DNA of 64,000 nucleotides from an uncultured virus (IMG/VR IMGVR_UViG_3300037408_000925) (Duplodnaviria > Heunggongvirae > Uroviricota > Caudoviricetes), in the IMG/VR virus record IMGVR_UViG_3300037408_000925; one strand, given 5' to 3'. A program made the translations under genes and the position numbers. The number at the start of each line of letters is the position of its first letter. Position 1 is the stretch's first letter. Below the pieces are notes generated by a model. It saw only the letters and a list, made by a program, of their open reading frames with translations. It was not told where the DNA came from and made no database searches. Positions 10,441 through 21,880 of the stretch are shown here, one piece after another.

Positions 10441-12030
10441 ATGAGAAAAGCAATTAAACTAGAATTAGAGTTAGAAGAATGTATATGTGCTTATAGACAA
10501 ACTTATAAAAGTCCTAAGGAACAAGCTCTTCTAGAGTACAAAGATAAAAAAGATAAAAAAGAATTAGCTAAGATAGCTCTTATAAAACATGAACAAAAGA
10601 AAGAAGATATACTAAATCATGTAAAAACACTTGATTATAAGGTGCTTTCTATTGGTGGTGAAGCTGGTACAGGAAAAACCACCCTAACAAAAGAAATAGT
10701 ATCACAACTTCTTGAAAAGGGTATTAATATTAGTGAAATACTTCTTGCTGCTCCTACTGGGACAGCTTCTAAGAGATTATACCAAGTGCTACAAGATTTT
10801 AAAATATATCCTAGAACAATACATTCATCTATATACAAACAAGACCCTGACACAGAATATAATGAGAGGGTAAAGTTTTTAACTAGAGATATTGAGGACT
10901 TTGAAGTGACGCCTAAGGTTATCCTTATGGATGAAGGATCTATGGTAGATGAGTATACCATGGAAGATGTATTATTGCTACATATACCTGTAGTACTCAT
11001 AGGTGATTTTAATCAACTAAACCCTATCAATGGTAAAATGAACAAATATATAAAAAATCCTACTTATACTCTCACTGTTTGCTTTAGACACTTAGAGGAT
11101 AATGATATCCTTGAACTGGCTCGATATGTAAACAGCCTTGATAAAAAAACTCATTATGCTAAAGATATAATGAGCAAAATTACTAAAAAATATGGGAAAA
11201 AAATAAATAAAGGTGTTTTTATTCTAGAGAGTCATTTAAAGCTTTATGATAATTTTACGGTTCTTGTTAAAAATAACTTTCAGTTTATCTCAGGACAACA
11301 TAGAACTAAAAATTACATTAATAGAAGAGTAAGAGAACTTTTAGGATTCTGTCCTACCCCTCACACACAAGAATTTGAAAAAAACCAACTAAAACTTACA
11401 TATAACCCTATGTATCCTCAAGTTGGAGATAGAATTGTCTGTAGGAAAAATGTATATATTAAAGATTCTTTCGAAGTACAATTAGGTATGATACCTAACG
11501 GTGGTATATACATTGTACAAGAGGTGTTGGAAATTAAACCAGAAAATGACCTTATTAAAATGAGAATAAAAGATGTTATAGATAATATTTCTCTAGTTAT
11601 CTTTAGTAGACTCTCTTACTTTTTTGTAAAACCTGATAACGGTATAAAAGTATTCGATGATAAGATTTGTAAGTTCGATTACGCTTATTGTATGACCTGC
11701 CATTCTGCTCAAGGATCTGAGTTTCCTAATGTAGCTGTAGTTGTGGATTGGGGAAAAGACGCTCGAGCTTGGATTTATACTGCAATTACACGAGCTAAAA
11801 CAAATCTCGTAATTGCCGATCATGTAGGAAAAGCTACAGATGACTCACTATATGATGAGATATACCCTTTAGAATTAGCACCTTTTATCTCTAAAATTAC
11901 AGCTAACTTAGAAAAAATGAAATTATGGAAAAAAATAAGAGAACAAGAAATAAAAAAAGGAATACTAAAAGAACCCTATCAAGAAGATTTTTCAACTTTT
12001 CATCTGGGTTTAGATATAACTTTTGGTTAA
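10441..12030 (+). CDS. SF1B Dda/RecD-like DNA helicase
   Basis: GEAGTGKT, AAPTGTA, TIHS, DEGSM, GDFNQL, YAYCMTCHSAQGSEF, YTAITRA. Confidence 0.9.
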   Translation: MRKAIKLELELEECICAYRQTYKSPKEQALLEYKDKKDKKELAKIALIKHEQKKEDILNHVKTLDYKVLSIGGEAGTGKTTLTKEIVSQLLEKGINISEILLAAPTGTASKRLYQVLQDFKIYPRTIHSSIYKQDPDTEYNERVKFLTRDIEDFEVTPKVILMDEGSMVDEYTMEDVLLLHIPVVLIGDFNQLNPINGKMNKYIKNPTYTLTVCFRHLEDNDILELARYVNSLDKKTHYAKDIMSKITKKYGKKINKGVFILESHLKLYDNFTVLVKNNFQFISGQHRTKNYINRRVRELLGFCPTPHTQEFEKNQLKLTYNPMYPQVGDRIVCRKNVYIKDSFEVQLGMIPNGGIYIVQEVLEIKPENDLIKMRIKDVIDNISLVIFSRLSYFFVKPDNGIKVFDDKICKFDYAYCMTCHSAQGSEFPNVAVVVDWGKDARAWIYTAITRAKTNLVIADHVGKATDDSLYDEIYPLELAPFISKITANLEKMKLWKKIREQEIKKGILKEPYQEDFSTFHLGLDITFG

Positions 12031-12447
12031 ATTGTATGACTATGTTGTTATTTTACTAATTTTACAGTATTATAATATTGTAAACTCTTGTAAAATATAA
12101 TTTTTAGAAGGGAAAGTGATTAGATGGGTATTAGTGAGGGTATAAAAAAAGCAAGAAAAAAACATAGAACTGTATTAAATGATATTATTTCAAAAGAAGA
12201 GGTGATTATAACTTCTTTATCTGAAATAGAAAAAAGTCCTGAGGAAGAACTTGTCTTTATTTCTAATAGGATCGCTGTCTTAGAAAACTTTTTAAAAAAT
12301 TTAGGTAGAGAGAGGAGATTATATAATAAAATACCTGTACATATAAAAGATAACACACTTGTGGGTGTACTAAAGAAAAATCTTAAAAAGTCCTAATAGT
12401 ATTGAGGTTTTTTGTATTTAATTTAGAAAAGGAGTGTTATAAATATT

Positions 12448-14331
12448 ATGGAACATTTTTTAAACAATGTTGAGAAAGTAGACCCTATAAAACTTAGAGA
12501 GCTTGAGGATAGTTGTAGTTTAGATGGGGATTTTATAGCAGAAAACTATACCGTATTCTCAGCTGAGGAATTAGCAGAACTTTTATCAGTACCCATAAAT
12601 GTAATAGAGATGAGAGCTTTATACGCTGGTCATGTCCTCTATTATAAAGACCATACAAGATGTACTACATGTAGAAAGTTTATACCCGTTGGTTATTCTT
12701 CTTGTCCTTGTGGGAATACAGGAAAACTAGAGTGGAAAGCTGTCCCTAATAAAGAAGATAACCCTAAAATTATATCAAAAGGTAACTTTTTTAATAATCA
12801 TCTACGAGCATATAACAGATATATCGCTGGGAATAGAGATATATTTATTTGCCCTTTATGTCTTATGCCTATTTCTTTAAATGGTATGAGAGTACATGCT
12901 AAACAAAGTCATAATGATACTTTTCTTAACTTTGTAGAAACACATAATATTGAGAATATCTTTAAGAGGTACAATGGAGTAAGAATTTCTTTTTCTGAAT
13001 ATAAAGAAATTATTAGGGGATTAGATGAGGATAAAATACTCATAAACCTCTTAGATTGTGTGAAATCCTCAAAAGATTTTGTATATCCTGTATCTCCTAC
13101 ACTATTGAAGGTCATAGATATTAAAACTCCAGAGGAAACCTTGCCTTTGGAAGATAATGGAGAATTAAAAAAACATAAGTCGAGAATATCTAACTCTTAT
13201 AACCGATATAAATTTCTTCAGAGTTCTGGAAAAGTTACACTAGAAGGATACAGAAGATGCCCTATTTGTGGTATACCTCAGAATATAGATGGAGAGGTTC
13301 AAAATCTTATCGAACATATTAGGGTACATCATAATTGTACTCAGTTATCAGATTTATATAAAAGTTATCCTACTCAGTTTAAATCCCTTCTAGCTCCTTA
13401 TAATGGAAAATTCTTAGGTATTACAAGTCATTTAAAATTATTTCCTGTAAAAGACCCTAATACAGTGTATAAAGAGTTTGAAGCTAAGATATTAGGTACT
13501 GTAGAAACTAATAATACTTGTTTAGAAGAGGATACTTTAGTAACTCCTGATGAAACAGATTCTATACTTAATACTGATATCTCTATAAAAGAGATTCTTA
13601 GAGGAGTTAGTACTACACTTACTGGTAATACTTCTACCGATGTTACTAGGTGTCGTGAGTCTATAAGTAAAATAAAAGATGCCTCACATATTCTTTGGTA
13701 TAATTTACAGAAAAAAAGTAATGATTATGGGTATAGTTCTCTACTCCATATATTACACTTATTCGCTAAAAACTCTAACAATAATTTTACTCGGTATCTC
13801 GATGGGAAGAGGGATATGTTTTTATGTCCTTTATGTCTTATTCCTTTATCTGTTGCTGGATTTGGAAGACATGCCGAAACACATGGAAAAGCTTTTGTAG
13901 ACTGTGTGAGAAAAACATCTTTAAGTGTGATAGCAGAGCCTTTTATATGTAAAACTTCTATAGATGATTACTTACAAAAACTCTTAGATAATCCTTCGGT
14001 AGAGGATGTTATAAAACTTATAAACTCTAAGTTGTCAGGAGAGCCTCAGAATAATAAACCTATATTAGAAAATATGAAATCTGATAGAGTAGAAACAGTT
14101 AAAGAAGAACCTAATATTAAACCTAAAATTTTTGAAACAGAAATAGTAGAGGTATTAGACAACTCTTATCTAAAGACGATTCAAAATAGATCTAAGAGTT
14201 TAATGTCACAAATAGTTATAATAGAAAAACAATTGAACTTCTTATCCTCTACCCTAACAAACTTAACGGAAGAACAAGAACTGTTAGAGAAGCTTTTAAG
14301 TATAATTAACCCTAAAGTAGAAAATACATAA
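12448..14331 (+). CDS. Multi-zinc-finger protein
   Basis: Several CxxC...H...H motifs and a duplicated RY..G.RD.F.CPLCL.P.S..G...HA module. Confidence 0.6.
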   Translation: MEHFLNNVEKVDPIKLRELEDSCSLDGDFIAENYTVFSAEELAELLSVPINVIEMRALYAGHVLYYKDHTRCTTCRKFIPVGYSSCPCGNTGKLEWKAVPNKEDNPKIISKGNFFNNHLRAYNRYIAGNRDIFICPLCLMPISLNGMRVHAKQSHNDTFLNFVETHNIENIFKRYNGVRISFSEYKEIIRGLDEDKILINLLDCVKSSKDFVYPVSPTLLKVIDIKTPEETLPLEDNGELKKHKSRISNSYNRYKFLQSSGKVTLEGYRRCPICGIPQNIDGEVQNLIEHIRVHHNCTQLSDLYKSYPTQFKSLLAPYNGKFLGITSHLKLFPVKDPNTVYKEFEAKILGTVETNNTCLEEDTLVTPDETDSILNTDISIKEILRGVSTTLTGNTSTDVTRCRESISKIKDASHILWYNLQKKSNDYGYSSLLHILHLFAKNSNNNFTRYLDGKRDMFLCPLCLIPLSVAGFGRHAETHGKAFVDCVRKTSLSVIAEPFICKTSIDDYLQKLLDNPSVEDVIKLINSKLSGEPQNNKPILENMKSDRVETVKEEPNIKPKIFETEIVEVLDNSYLKTIQNRSKSLMSQIVIIEKQLNFLSSTLTNLTEEQELLEKLLSIINPKVENT

Positions 14332-15161
14332 AAGAGAGGATTTATTCTTATGAAGTGGCTAGTTGAGGCAGATATTTCTGTAGGGAAAATAATTGAAGCT
14401 GATAATAAGTATAAGGCTCGAAGACAGATGAGAGATATTTTGGATGCTATGTACATACCCTATAAGTTTAAGATGACAAAAATATGTGAGCTTACTGGTA
14501 AAGTGTGTGATGAGTGTAGAGATATACATGGTACTCTTGCCTATTGTAAGTTAAAAAGAGAGGAATAAGCTATGGAGAAAACTACTAGAAATGACCTTAT
14601 CTCTGAAATTATAAATACTCTTAATAAACTTGATTCTACTGGAGATATTATTCTTCAAGTAGAAAACAACACCAATAAAGATTTAGTATATAAGTGTAGC
14701 AAGGACTCTAATAATGAATACACCCTAAAAATTTATAAAAAAGATAGCATTATTATGACACCTTCAATATTCGAACCAGATAATAAAAAGATTACCTTTA
14801 CTATACATATTGATGATGAGGTGAGTCATGATACAATCTAATAGCCTTGAAAACAAAGCATCCCTAACAAAAGAAATAAGAGGTAAACTTGAAGATGTAG
14901 TTAAGACTGGAAATGTTATATTTCATATAGAAAACCTTACAGGGGAGAAACTTCTTCTAGAACACCTCAAAATAGAAACAGGAATCTATAAAATAACCCT
15001 TTTAGATGAAGATGATTATATAGACATCTTGGACCGACCTTTACAATTAGAAAAATTAAAATTATCTATTTCTGTTCGTGTTTAAATCTCCCTTGAATGT
15101 TCTTAGAGTAACTAGTTTATATATACTTACTAGTTACTCTTATTTTATGGGAGGATATTTT

Positions 15162-15755
15162 ATGCAAATATTAAAAAATAAAACAAAAAAACTAGCTGCT
15201 ACTATAGTAGCCCTATCTGTTATAGGGGCTAGTAGTATCTTTGGTATAGATATTGCCACAAAACCTACAGACCACTCTCAAATTATCTCTGAGATAGGTC
15301 TTGGAGTACGAGGAGAAACCCTAAGAGCTTCTGTAAATAGGGTTATTGATGGCGATACTTTTGAAATTATTTATAATGATATCCCCACTAAAGTAAGACT
15401 AATCGGTGTAGATACTCCTGAAACAGTAAAATCAGGTACTCCTATACAATTTTATGGTAAAGAATCCTCCGATTTTACTAAAAAGACTTTAGAGGGTAAA
15501 ACAGTAACACTAGAGTTCGACAAAGAAAGATATGACCTTTATAAAAGACTTCTAGCTTATGTGTACCTTTCTAATGGTGATATGTTAAACCTTATACTTC
15601 TGCATAGAGGGTACGCCACAGTAAAATTTTATAGCCCTAATACAAAATATAAAAAGGTGTTTTTAGATGTAGAACAAAGAGCTTTGGAAAGTAATATAGG
15701 AAGATGGAATACTACCTCTCAATCAGTTTGGGAGAAAAAATATACTAAGGAGTGA
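15162..15755 (+). CDS. Secreted/membrane thermonuclease (SNase)
   Basis: RVIDGDT, VRLIGVDTPE, D.Y.RLLAYVY; N-terminal signal; RBS GGGAGG before ATG 15162. Confidence 0.9.
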   Translation: MQILKNKTKKLAATIVALSVIGASSIFGIDIATKPTDHSQIISEIGLGVRGETLRASVNRVIDGDTFEIIYNDIPTKVRLIGVDTPETVKSGTPIQFYGKESSDFTKKTLEGKTVTLEFDKERYDLYKRLLAYVYLSNGDMLNLILLHRGYATVKFYSPNTKYKKVFLDVEQRALESNIGRWNTTSQSVWEKKYTKE

Positions 15756-15762
15756 TTGTACA

Positions 15763-16677
15763 ATGCCTAATACTAAATATGAGTTTGTAACTGATGATAC
15801 CATAAAATTTATGGGGAAAATATTAACAAGAATAAGAGCTTTAAGGTCTTTTGGAGATGTAAAAAAAGGAGATTTGGGTGGATATATAGAAAAAGAAAGC
15901 AACCTATCTGTTAAGAATATTTGTTGGGTATTTCATACAGCTAAAGTATTTGAAGATGCTAAAGTAGAAGGAGATGCCGTTGTATTTGGAAATGCTTCTG
16001 TATATGGAGATGCACATATATTTGAAAAAGCTAAGGTATTGGGAGAAGCTAAAGTATATGATATGTCTTCAGTATTTGGAAATGCTATAGTCTATGGTAG
16101 TTCTAGGGTGTTTGCTTACGCTAAGATATTTGGTAATGCACAGGTATATGGAGATGCAGAGGTGTCTGGAGAAGCTGGTATATATGATGAAGCTCAAGTA
16201 TTTAGAAAGGCTAAAATTTTTTCTGGGAAGGCTAAAATATCTGGAGAAGCTAAAATATATGGAACAGCAGAGGTAAAAGGAGAGGCTGAGGTATATGGAA
16301 AAGCTAAGATATATGGAAATGCTGCTGTAGAGGATAAAGCCAAGATATTTGAAGAAGCTTGTCTTTTTGAAGAAGCTTTTGTATATGGGGAAGCTAGAGT
16401 ATATGGAAATGCTCAGATATATGGAAATGCACATATATATGAAAAAGCTCAGGTATATGGACTTGCTCGAGTGTTTGAAAAAGCTCAGGTATTTAATAAG
16501 GCACAGGTATATGGTAGGGCTAAAATATATGGACTAGCTACGGTATATGGTCAAGCAGAGGTATATGGTGATGATGAAGTGTTTGGGGATGAGAATAGAA
16601 ATTTTACAATAGCCCCTAAAAGAAAAGAAATAGCCCCACTCTCAGATTTAAAAGCTAGAGTAAAAGACCTATTATAA
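15763..16677 (+). CDS. Hexapeptide-repeat protein, tagged
   Basis: Family N-terminus, repeats, RKEIAPLSDLKARVKDLL. Confidence 0.85.
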   Translation: MPNTKYEFVTDDTIKFMGKILTRIRALRSFGDVKKGDLGGYIEKESNLSVKNICWVFHTAKVFEDAKVEGDAVVFGNASVYGDAHIFEKAKVLGEAKVYDMSSVFGNAIVYGSSRVFAYAKIFGNAQVYGDAEVSGEAGIYDEAQVFRKAKIFSGKAKISGEAKIYGTAEVKGEAEVYGKAKIYGNAAVEDKAKIFEEACLFEEAFVYGEARVYGNAQIYGNAHIYEKAQVYGLARVFEKAQVFNKAQVYGRAKIYGLATVYGQAEVYGDDEVFGDENRNFTIAPKRKEIAPLSDLKARVKDLL

Positions 16678-16691
16678 GGAGTGCTTACATA

Positions 16692-17588
16692 ATGGATAAA
16701 AAATATGAGTTTGTAAAAGATGATACCATAAAGGAAGGAAACATAACCCTAACAAGAATAAGAGCTTTAAAAGACTCTTACTTTTATGATTCTGGTGACT
16801 TAGGTGGATATATAGAGAAAGAATCTAACTTATCCCATAAGGGGGATTGTTGGATTGGTGATAATGCTAAAGTATATGGAAATGCTAAAGTATATGAAAA
16901 TGCTAGGGTGTTTGGAAGAGCTAAAGTATATGAAAATGCCAAAGTATGTGGAAACGCTAGAATTTATGAAGATGCTTCTATACATGGTGATGCTAAGATT
17001 TATGGAGATTGTTATATAGCTGAAAAGGTTACTATATATGATGATGTACAAGTCTTTGGACATGCTAATATATCAGGAAAAGCTATTTTATTTGGAAAAG
17101 CTAAGGTCTATGGAGATGATGTATATATATTCGGAGATGCTGAGATAGGTGGAAAGGCTGAGGTATATGGAGGAACTATCTCAGGTTACTCTCGTGTAGA
17201 GGGAAATGCTAAAATATATGGGACAGCTCATATCATGGAATCTTGTAAAATATTTGGAAAAGCTCAGATCTATGGAGATGCCTCTGTCCTTGGAAATACT
17301 GAAATTTTTGGTTCTTCTCACATCAGAGACACAGCTTCTGTATCTCAATATGCTAAGGTCTCTGGAAATGCTATTATAGAAGGAAACGCTAGGGTATATG
17401 GAGATGCTAATATATCAGGAGATATAAGAATTTGTGATAAAGCTGAGGTTTTTGGAAAGGCGATACTTAAAGGAAAATTACTAATTAATAATACTATGAA
17501 AGTAGACTATGATGTTGATGGAAAACCTGAAAGAAAAGAAATAGCTCCTCTCTCGGATTTAAAAGCTAGAGTAAAAGACCTATTATAA
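16692..17588 (+). CDS. Hexapeptide-repeat protein, tagged
   Basis: Family N-terminus, repeats and tag. Confidence 0.85.
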   Translation: MDKKYEFVKDDTIKEGNITLTRIRALKDSYFYDSGDLGGYIEKESNLSHKGDCWIGDNAKVYGNAKVYENARVFGRAKVYENAKVCGNARIYEDASIHGDAKIYGDCYIAEKVTIYDDVQVFGHANISGKAILFGKAKVYGDDVYIFGDAEIGGKAEVYGGTISGYSRVEGNAKIYGTAHIMESCKIFGKAQIYGDASVLGNTEIFGSSHIRDTASVSQYAKVSGNAIIEGNARVYGDANISGDIRICDKAEVFGKAILKGKLLINNTMKVDYDVDGKPERKEIAPLSDLKARVKDLL

Positions 17589-17603
17589 GGGAGTGATTAC
17601 ATA

Positions 17604-18323
17604 ATGTTTGAAAAATATGAGTTAGTAACTGATGATACCATAAAATATAATGGAAGAACCCTAACAAGAATAAGAGCTTTAAAAACTTTCTTAAGTATAA
17701 AAAAGGGTGACCTTGGTGGATATATAGAAAAAGAAGATAACTTATCTCACTCGGATAACTGCTGGGTATATCCCTATTGTAAAGCCTATCAAAATTCTAA
17801 AGTATTTGGAGATGCTCAAATAGCTAATAGCTCTGAGGTCTTTGGAAATGCTGAGGTATTTAGGGAAGCTAAGATATTAGGAAGTGCTAAAGTATATGAT
17901 AATGCTAAAGTTTTTGGAAATGCTAGTATATCTGGAAAGATATCTATATTCGGATATGCTAACGTTTATGATAAGGCTAAGTTAAGAGGAAATGTTAAAG
18001 TGTATGGAAGTTCTTTTGTATATGGAGAGGCTGAGGTCGGTGAGAATGTTGAGATATATGGAGATGCTCATATATTTGAAAAGGCTTGGTTATCTGGAGA
18101 AGCCAAAGTATTTGAAAAGGCTTGGATATATGGAGAAGCTCATATACTTGGAAAGGCTACAATACATGGAAACGCTGTAGTAAGGGGAAAAGCTCGAATA
18201 TCAGGTGATACTGATGTAAAGGGATATAGTGATATTGAGGGAGATACAAAATTAGACGGTAAAATAAAAAGAGAAATAGCCCCTCTCTCTGATTTAAAAG
18301 CTAGAGTAAAAGATATTCTATAA
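17604..18323 (+). CDS. Hexapeptide-repeat protein, tagged
   Basis: Family N-terminus and repeats; ends KREIAPLSDLKARVKDIL. Confidence 0.85.
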   Translation: MFEKYELVTDDTIKYNGRTLTRIRALKTFLSIKKGDLGGYIEKEDNLSHSDNCWVYPYCKAYQNSKVFGDAQIANSSEVFGNAEVFREAKILGSAKVYDNAKVFGNASISGKISIFGYANVYDKAKLRGNVKVYGSSFVYGEAEVGENVEIYGDAHIFEKAWLSGEAKVFEKAWIYGEAHILGKATIHGNAVVRGKARISGDTDVKGYSDIEGDTKLDGKIKREIAPLSDLKARVKDIL

Positions 18324-18326
18324 GGA

Positions 18327-18923
18327 GTGATTCTATATATGAATTATAAATATGAACTGGTAAAAGACAATACTAAAAATGAAAATGGAAGAACCCTAAC
18401 AAGAATAAGAGCTTTAAAATCCTTTAGTAACATTAAAGAAGGTGACCTTGGTGGATATATAGAAAAAGAAGCCAATATATCTGCAAATAATAATTGTTGG
18501 GTATTTGGTAACGCTAAAGTCTTTGAAAATGCTTTTGTAACTGAAAACGCTACAGTGTCTGGAAATGCTAAAGTATTTGGAAAGGCTCAAATAGCTGGAA
18601 AAGCACAAATATCTGAGAATGCTATTATATCTGGAAATGCTCAGGTCTATGAGCTCGCTAAAGTTTATGGAAAAGCTCTTGTATCAGGACAAAGTATAGT
18701 GTCTGGTAAAGCTAGTGTATCAGGACAAACCACTGTATCAGGGAAAGCTAAAGTGTCAGGGAGAGCTATAATAAAAGGAACTGCTGAGGTAAGTGGAGAT
18801 ATAATAGTAACAGATGATACTGTCTTGGATGGTACTGAGGATATTGAAAAGATAGATTTTCCAGAAAGAAAGGTAGTAACAGCAAGACTCCGAGATGCTT
18901 TAATTCGACAAGATATACTTTAA
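18327..18923 (+). CDS. Hexapeptide-repeat protein with degenerate tag
   Basis: Family N-terminus; ends ERKVVTARLRDALIRQDIL. Confidence 0.8.
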   Translation: MILYMNYKYELVKDNTKNENGRTLTRIRALKSFSNIKEGDLGGYIEKEANISANNNCWVFGNAKVFENAFVTENATVSGNAKVFGKAQIAGKAQISENAIISGNAQVYELAKVYGKALVSGQSIVSGKASVSGQTTVSGKAKVSGRAIIKGTAEVSGDIIVTDDTVLDGTEDIEKIDFPERKVVTARLRDALIRQDIL

Positions 18924-18950
18924 AATAATTTTTTGTGCGGAGGATGATGA

Positions 18951-19883
18951 ATGAGAATTATAAAACCTAAAGCATCTATAATATTTGATATGGAAATAGA
19001 CCCTAATAGAAAAATAGAATATATAGGTAGGGTATGTTATAATAGCGAAGATAAAATAACAGCTGATAGTCATGTAAAATTTATCTCTTCTCTAATAGAT
19101 AAAAAACATTATAGTGTAACAGAACACCATGTATTTGTCTTAGAAGTTTCTCAACAACTCTATTACGAAATAAAAGAACTAAACCCTAAATTCTTAAATA
19201 TGACCTTCTCTTGTACCATTGATGATAGACATGATGAACTCTACCTTATCTCTGGTAGCACTAGGGGATTTGTTGACCTTTATAAAAAATCTAGCAATAT
19301 CTTCTTACAAATAATATTATCCTTCCTATCTAAAAGATACCCTACTCTTTATGGTGGAAAAGATATATATGGAGACATTACCTCTATACAAAAAGCCCTT
19401 GTGAAAAAAGAACTCTCTTTTGAAGACATACAAAACCTAGAACCTCGAATTAGAAATCTACATAAATATATTTCAGCTAAGGTTATTTGCGATAGAGCTA
19501 TAGCAAATGAAATTGTACGACATAGAACTTTCTCTTTTAGCCAAGCTAGCACTAGATACATCAATTACGGTAAGCAAAAAGGAATAACTATCATAGACTC
19601 TCCTTTCTATACAAAAGGTCTTAAAAGATTTATTTGGCTGTATGCCAATAAAGTCAGCGAAATATCATACCTCACCCTAATAAAGTTTTTTAAATCTACA
19701 CCACAAGAAGCTAGAAGCGTTCTAACAAACTCCCTAAAAACTGAACTCGTTATGACCAACAACATACAGGGATGGAACGAATTCTTCATTCTTAGAGACC
19801 ATAAAGACGCTCACCCTCAAATAATTGAAATAGCTCATGAACTTCATCTAGAATTTTTACGCCTAGGATATTTAAAATATTAG
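18951..19883 (+). CDS. thyX: FAD-dependent thymidylate synthase
   Basis: GRVCY, H.SVTEH, RAIANEIVRHRTFSFSQASTRY, ARSVL, AHPQI. Confidence 0.92.
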   Translation: MRIIKPKASIIFDMEIDPNRKIEYIGRVCYNSEDKITADSHVKFISSLIDKKHYSVTEHHVFVLEVSQQLYYEIKELNPKFLNMTFSCTIDDRHDELYLISGSTRGFVDLYKKSSNIFLQIILSFLSKRYPTLYGGKDIYGDITSIQKALVKKELSFEDIQNLEPRIRNLHKYISAKVICDRAIANEIVRHRTFSFSQASTRYINYGKQKGITIIDSPFYTKGLKRFIWLYANKVSEISYLTLIKFFKSTPQEARSVLTNSLKTELVMTNNIQGWNEFFILRDHKDAHPQIIEIAHELHLEFLRLGYLKY

Positions 19884-19932
19884 ACTCGTTAAATAAAAGT
19901 GTCAGGTATTGTACCTAAATAATGGTGCTATC

Positions 19933-19961
19933 TTGACATTTTTATTTAATTATGGTATACT
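19933..19961 (+). promoter_or_regulatory. sigmaA-type promoter with extended -10
   Basis: TTGACA-17-TATACT with upstream TG. Confidence 0.8.
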
Positions 19962-20016
19962 TAAATAGTAGGGAATATATGGGGGAAAGTTAATTGAGAG
20001 AGGGAGGGTGTTCATA

Positions 20017-21213
20017 ATGAAAAAACTATTAACACTATTGGTAGTAGTAATAATGAGTACACTTATGAGTATCAATGTAGGAGCTTATGACCTAACAAAA
20101 ACTTTTGAAGTAGAAGACAAAGCCCTAACAGGAGATACCCAAAACTCTGAGATGACCCTAACTTTTGAAGACTATACTACTGATGTAACTATTGATGAAG
20201 ATACGGATTCAAAATTTACTGATAAATTACTCTTTGGTAGTGGTGATTTTGGACATAAAAATGGTACATTTGATGAAGCTTCTATCGGTACTGTTTGGAG
20301 TATGGTAGTAGATAATGATAAAAATGTATGGTTCATTGATGGTTCTGTACCTTATGATGGTATGGGAAGCTATTGGAATGGTAGTCTGGTAAATGAAAAT
20401 GGATGGACTAAAGTTAATGAAACTACTGAATATAAAAATCAATTCTTAAGGAAATATGACCCCAAAACTAATGAAGTAACTACTATTAAAAAACTTAGTA
20501 CTCTAAAACTTAGATATAAAAATGACTTGGGTAAAATAGAAAGACTCTCAGTATATAGAGGGTACAAACTCGTACATGATCCTAAAACAAATAAAGTATT
20601 TATGTCTGGTAAATTTGTAAAAAATGGTGGAAAACCTGATTATAGAGGAACTCTAATACAAGTAAGTCCTGAGTTCAAACCCGTTGTTGCCGATAAGTCT
20701 TTTAATTGGATGTTTGGTTCTGATGATTTCGCTTACGTTGATTCTAAAGGTGCTATTGTCTATAGTAGAAAAGATGGAAGTGCTTTAGATGTATTTAGAG
20801 TTAAAGATACTTCTAGAAAATATGTAGATGTTGTCGGTGACGCTGGAAGTTATAATAGTGTACTACAAGCTATACCTACTACTGAATATCTCTATGTTCT
20901 ACAATCTAATGTTGGTGGTATGGCTCTCGATAAATACAGTATGAGTAAGGGAACTTGGGAACGTGTTGAAACTTTTACAGGTAAATATGATAGTATATCT
21001 TCTCTAAATGATAAGTTCTATGCCTCTAAGGGTGGAGAAGTAGATATCATTAATATAGACGGTTCTGTAGAAGCTTATGTGGATTCTGATGGTGTTACTT
21101 CTACTACTGGTTTTAGTAAAGGAACTAAATCCCTAATGCAAGTGTTAGAAGATGGTAGTATTGTATATTATGATAGTATTCATAATATGTTTGGAGTACT
21201 CTCCAAACAATAG
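20017..21213 (+). CDS. Secreted beta-propeller-like (NHL-like) protein
   Basis: Signal peptide MKKLLTLLVVVIM...; G.G..G..NG...A motif; repeated beta-strand blades. Confidence 0.45.
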   Translation: MKKLLTLLVVVIMSTLMSINVGAYDLTKTFEVEDKALTGDTQNSEMTLTFEDYTTDVTIDEDTDSKFTDKLLFGSGDFGHKNGTFDEASIGTVWSMVVDNDKNVWFIDGSVPYDGMGSYWNGSLVNENGWTKVNETTEYKNQFLRKYDPKTNEVTTIKKLSTLKLRYKNDLGKIERLSVYRGYKLVHDPKTNKVFMSGKFVKNGGKPDYRGTLIQVSPEFKPVVADKSFNWMFGSDDFAYVDSKGAIVYSRKDGSALDVFRVKDTSRKYVDVVGDAGSYNSVLQAIPTTEYLYVLQSNVGGMALDKYSMSKGTWERVETFTGKYDSISSLNDKFYASKGGEVDIINIDGSVEAYVDSDGVTSTTGFSKGTKSLMQVLEDGSIVYYDSIHNMFGVLSKQ

Positions 21214-21449
21214 AGAGATGCACTACCCTCAATTAAACCCAAAATACCCTACAATATTTTGGATAGATGAGAGACTCACCTCCCTCATCTTTTTTCTTTG
21301 TGATTATATCTTTTTAAATAATATAGAATAAGATACTATATGACCTCGTACAATGCTCTTAAATCAATTTTTAGAGGTAGGGTAATATAAATTTACATCT
21401 TATAAGTCACATTCGTTAAAACTTATCCTAACGTGAGATTTGTAGAAAA

Positions 21450-21880
21450 GTACCCTAACATCTTAAAAAACAATAAAATTACTAGTAATATATTTCATAA
21501 AACTCAACTTAAATTTTTTAAGTGAGTAAAAGTGTATTTCAACTAGTGCAAAACATGAATTTTGACTAAGGTAAAAACACTAAAACACCTTAAATATTTA
21601 ATATAAGTTTAAAAAATGATTTAGTATTTTAATTTTACATACTAAGAATATTATGTCTATTTGAGGGTGTTTTAGTTCATTTTTATCAAACTGTAAATAT
21701 TTAATGTGTTTTTTAATTTGTATTAAATATTTGAGGTGTTTTTGGTATTTCACCTTACTCGAATTTATACTTTCAACTAGTCCACAAATAAAAAATGACA
21801 CTTTAAAATTTAAGGTTGGGTATTTTAAGATTTGGGGTTTTTGGGAGGTATTTTTAATTTTTATCTTTTGATATTGGGAT
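21450..21880. repeat. Large imperfect inverted repeat in a gene-free interval
   Basis: TAAGGTAAAAACACTAAAACACCTTAAATATTTAATA (~21566) is mirrored by TATTAAATATTTGAGGTGTTTTTGGTATTTCACCTTA (~21721); weaker symmetry continues outward. Confidence 0.65.

Noticed and set aside
18144..18163. Gapped self-match of array unit 5 (AT.CT.GG.AA.GC.TT.AT) to ATA CTT GGA AAG GCT ACA AT
   Set aside because: Only 6 of 7 dinucleotides match in a repeat-rich gene family; this is plausible by chance.
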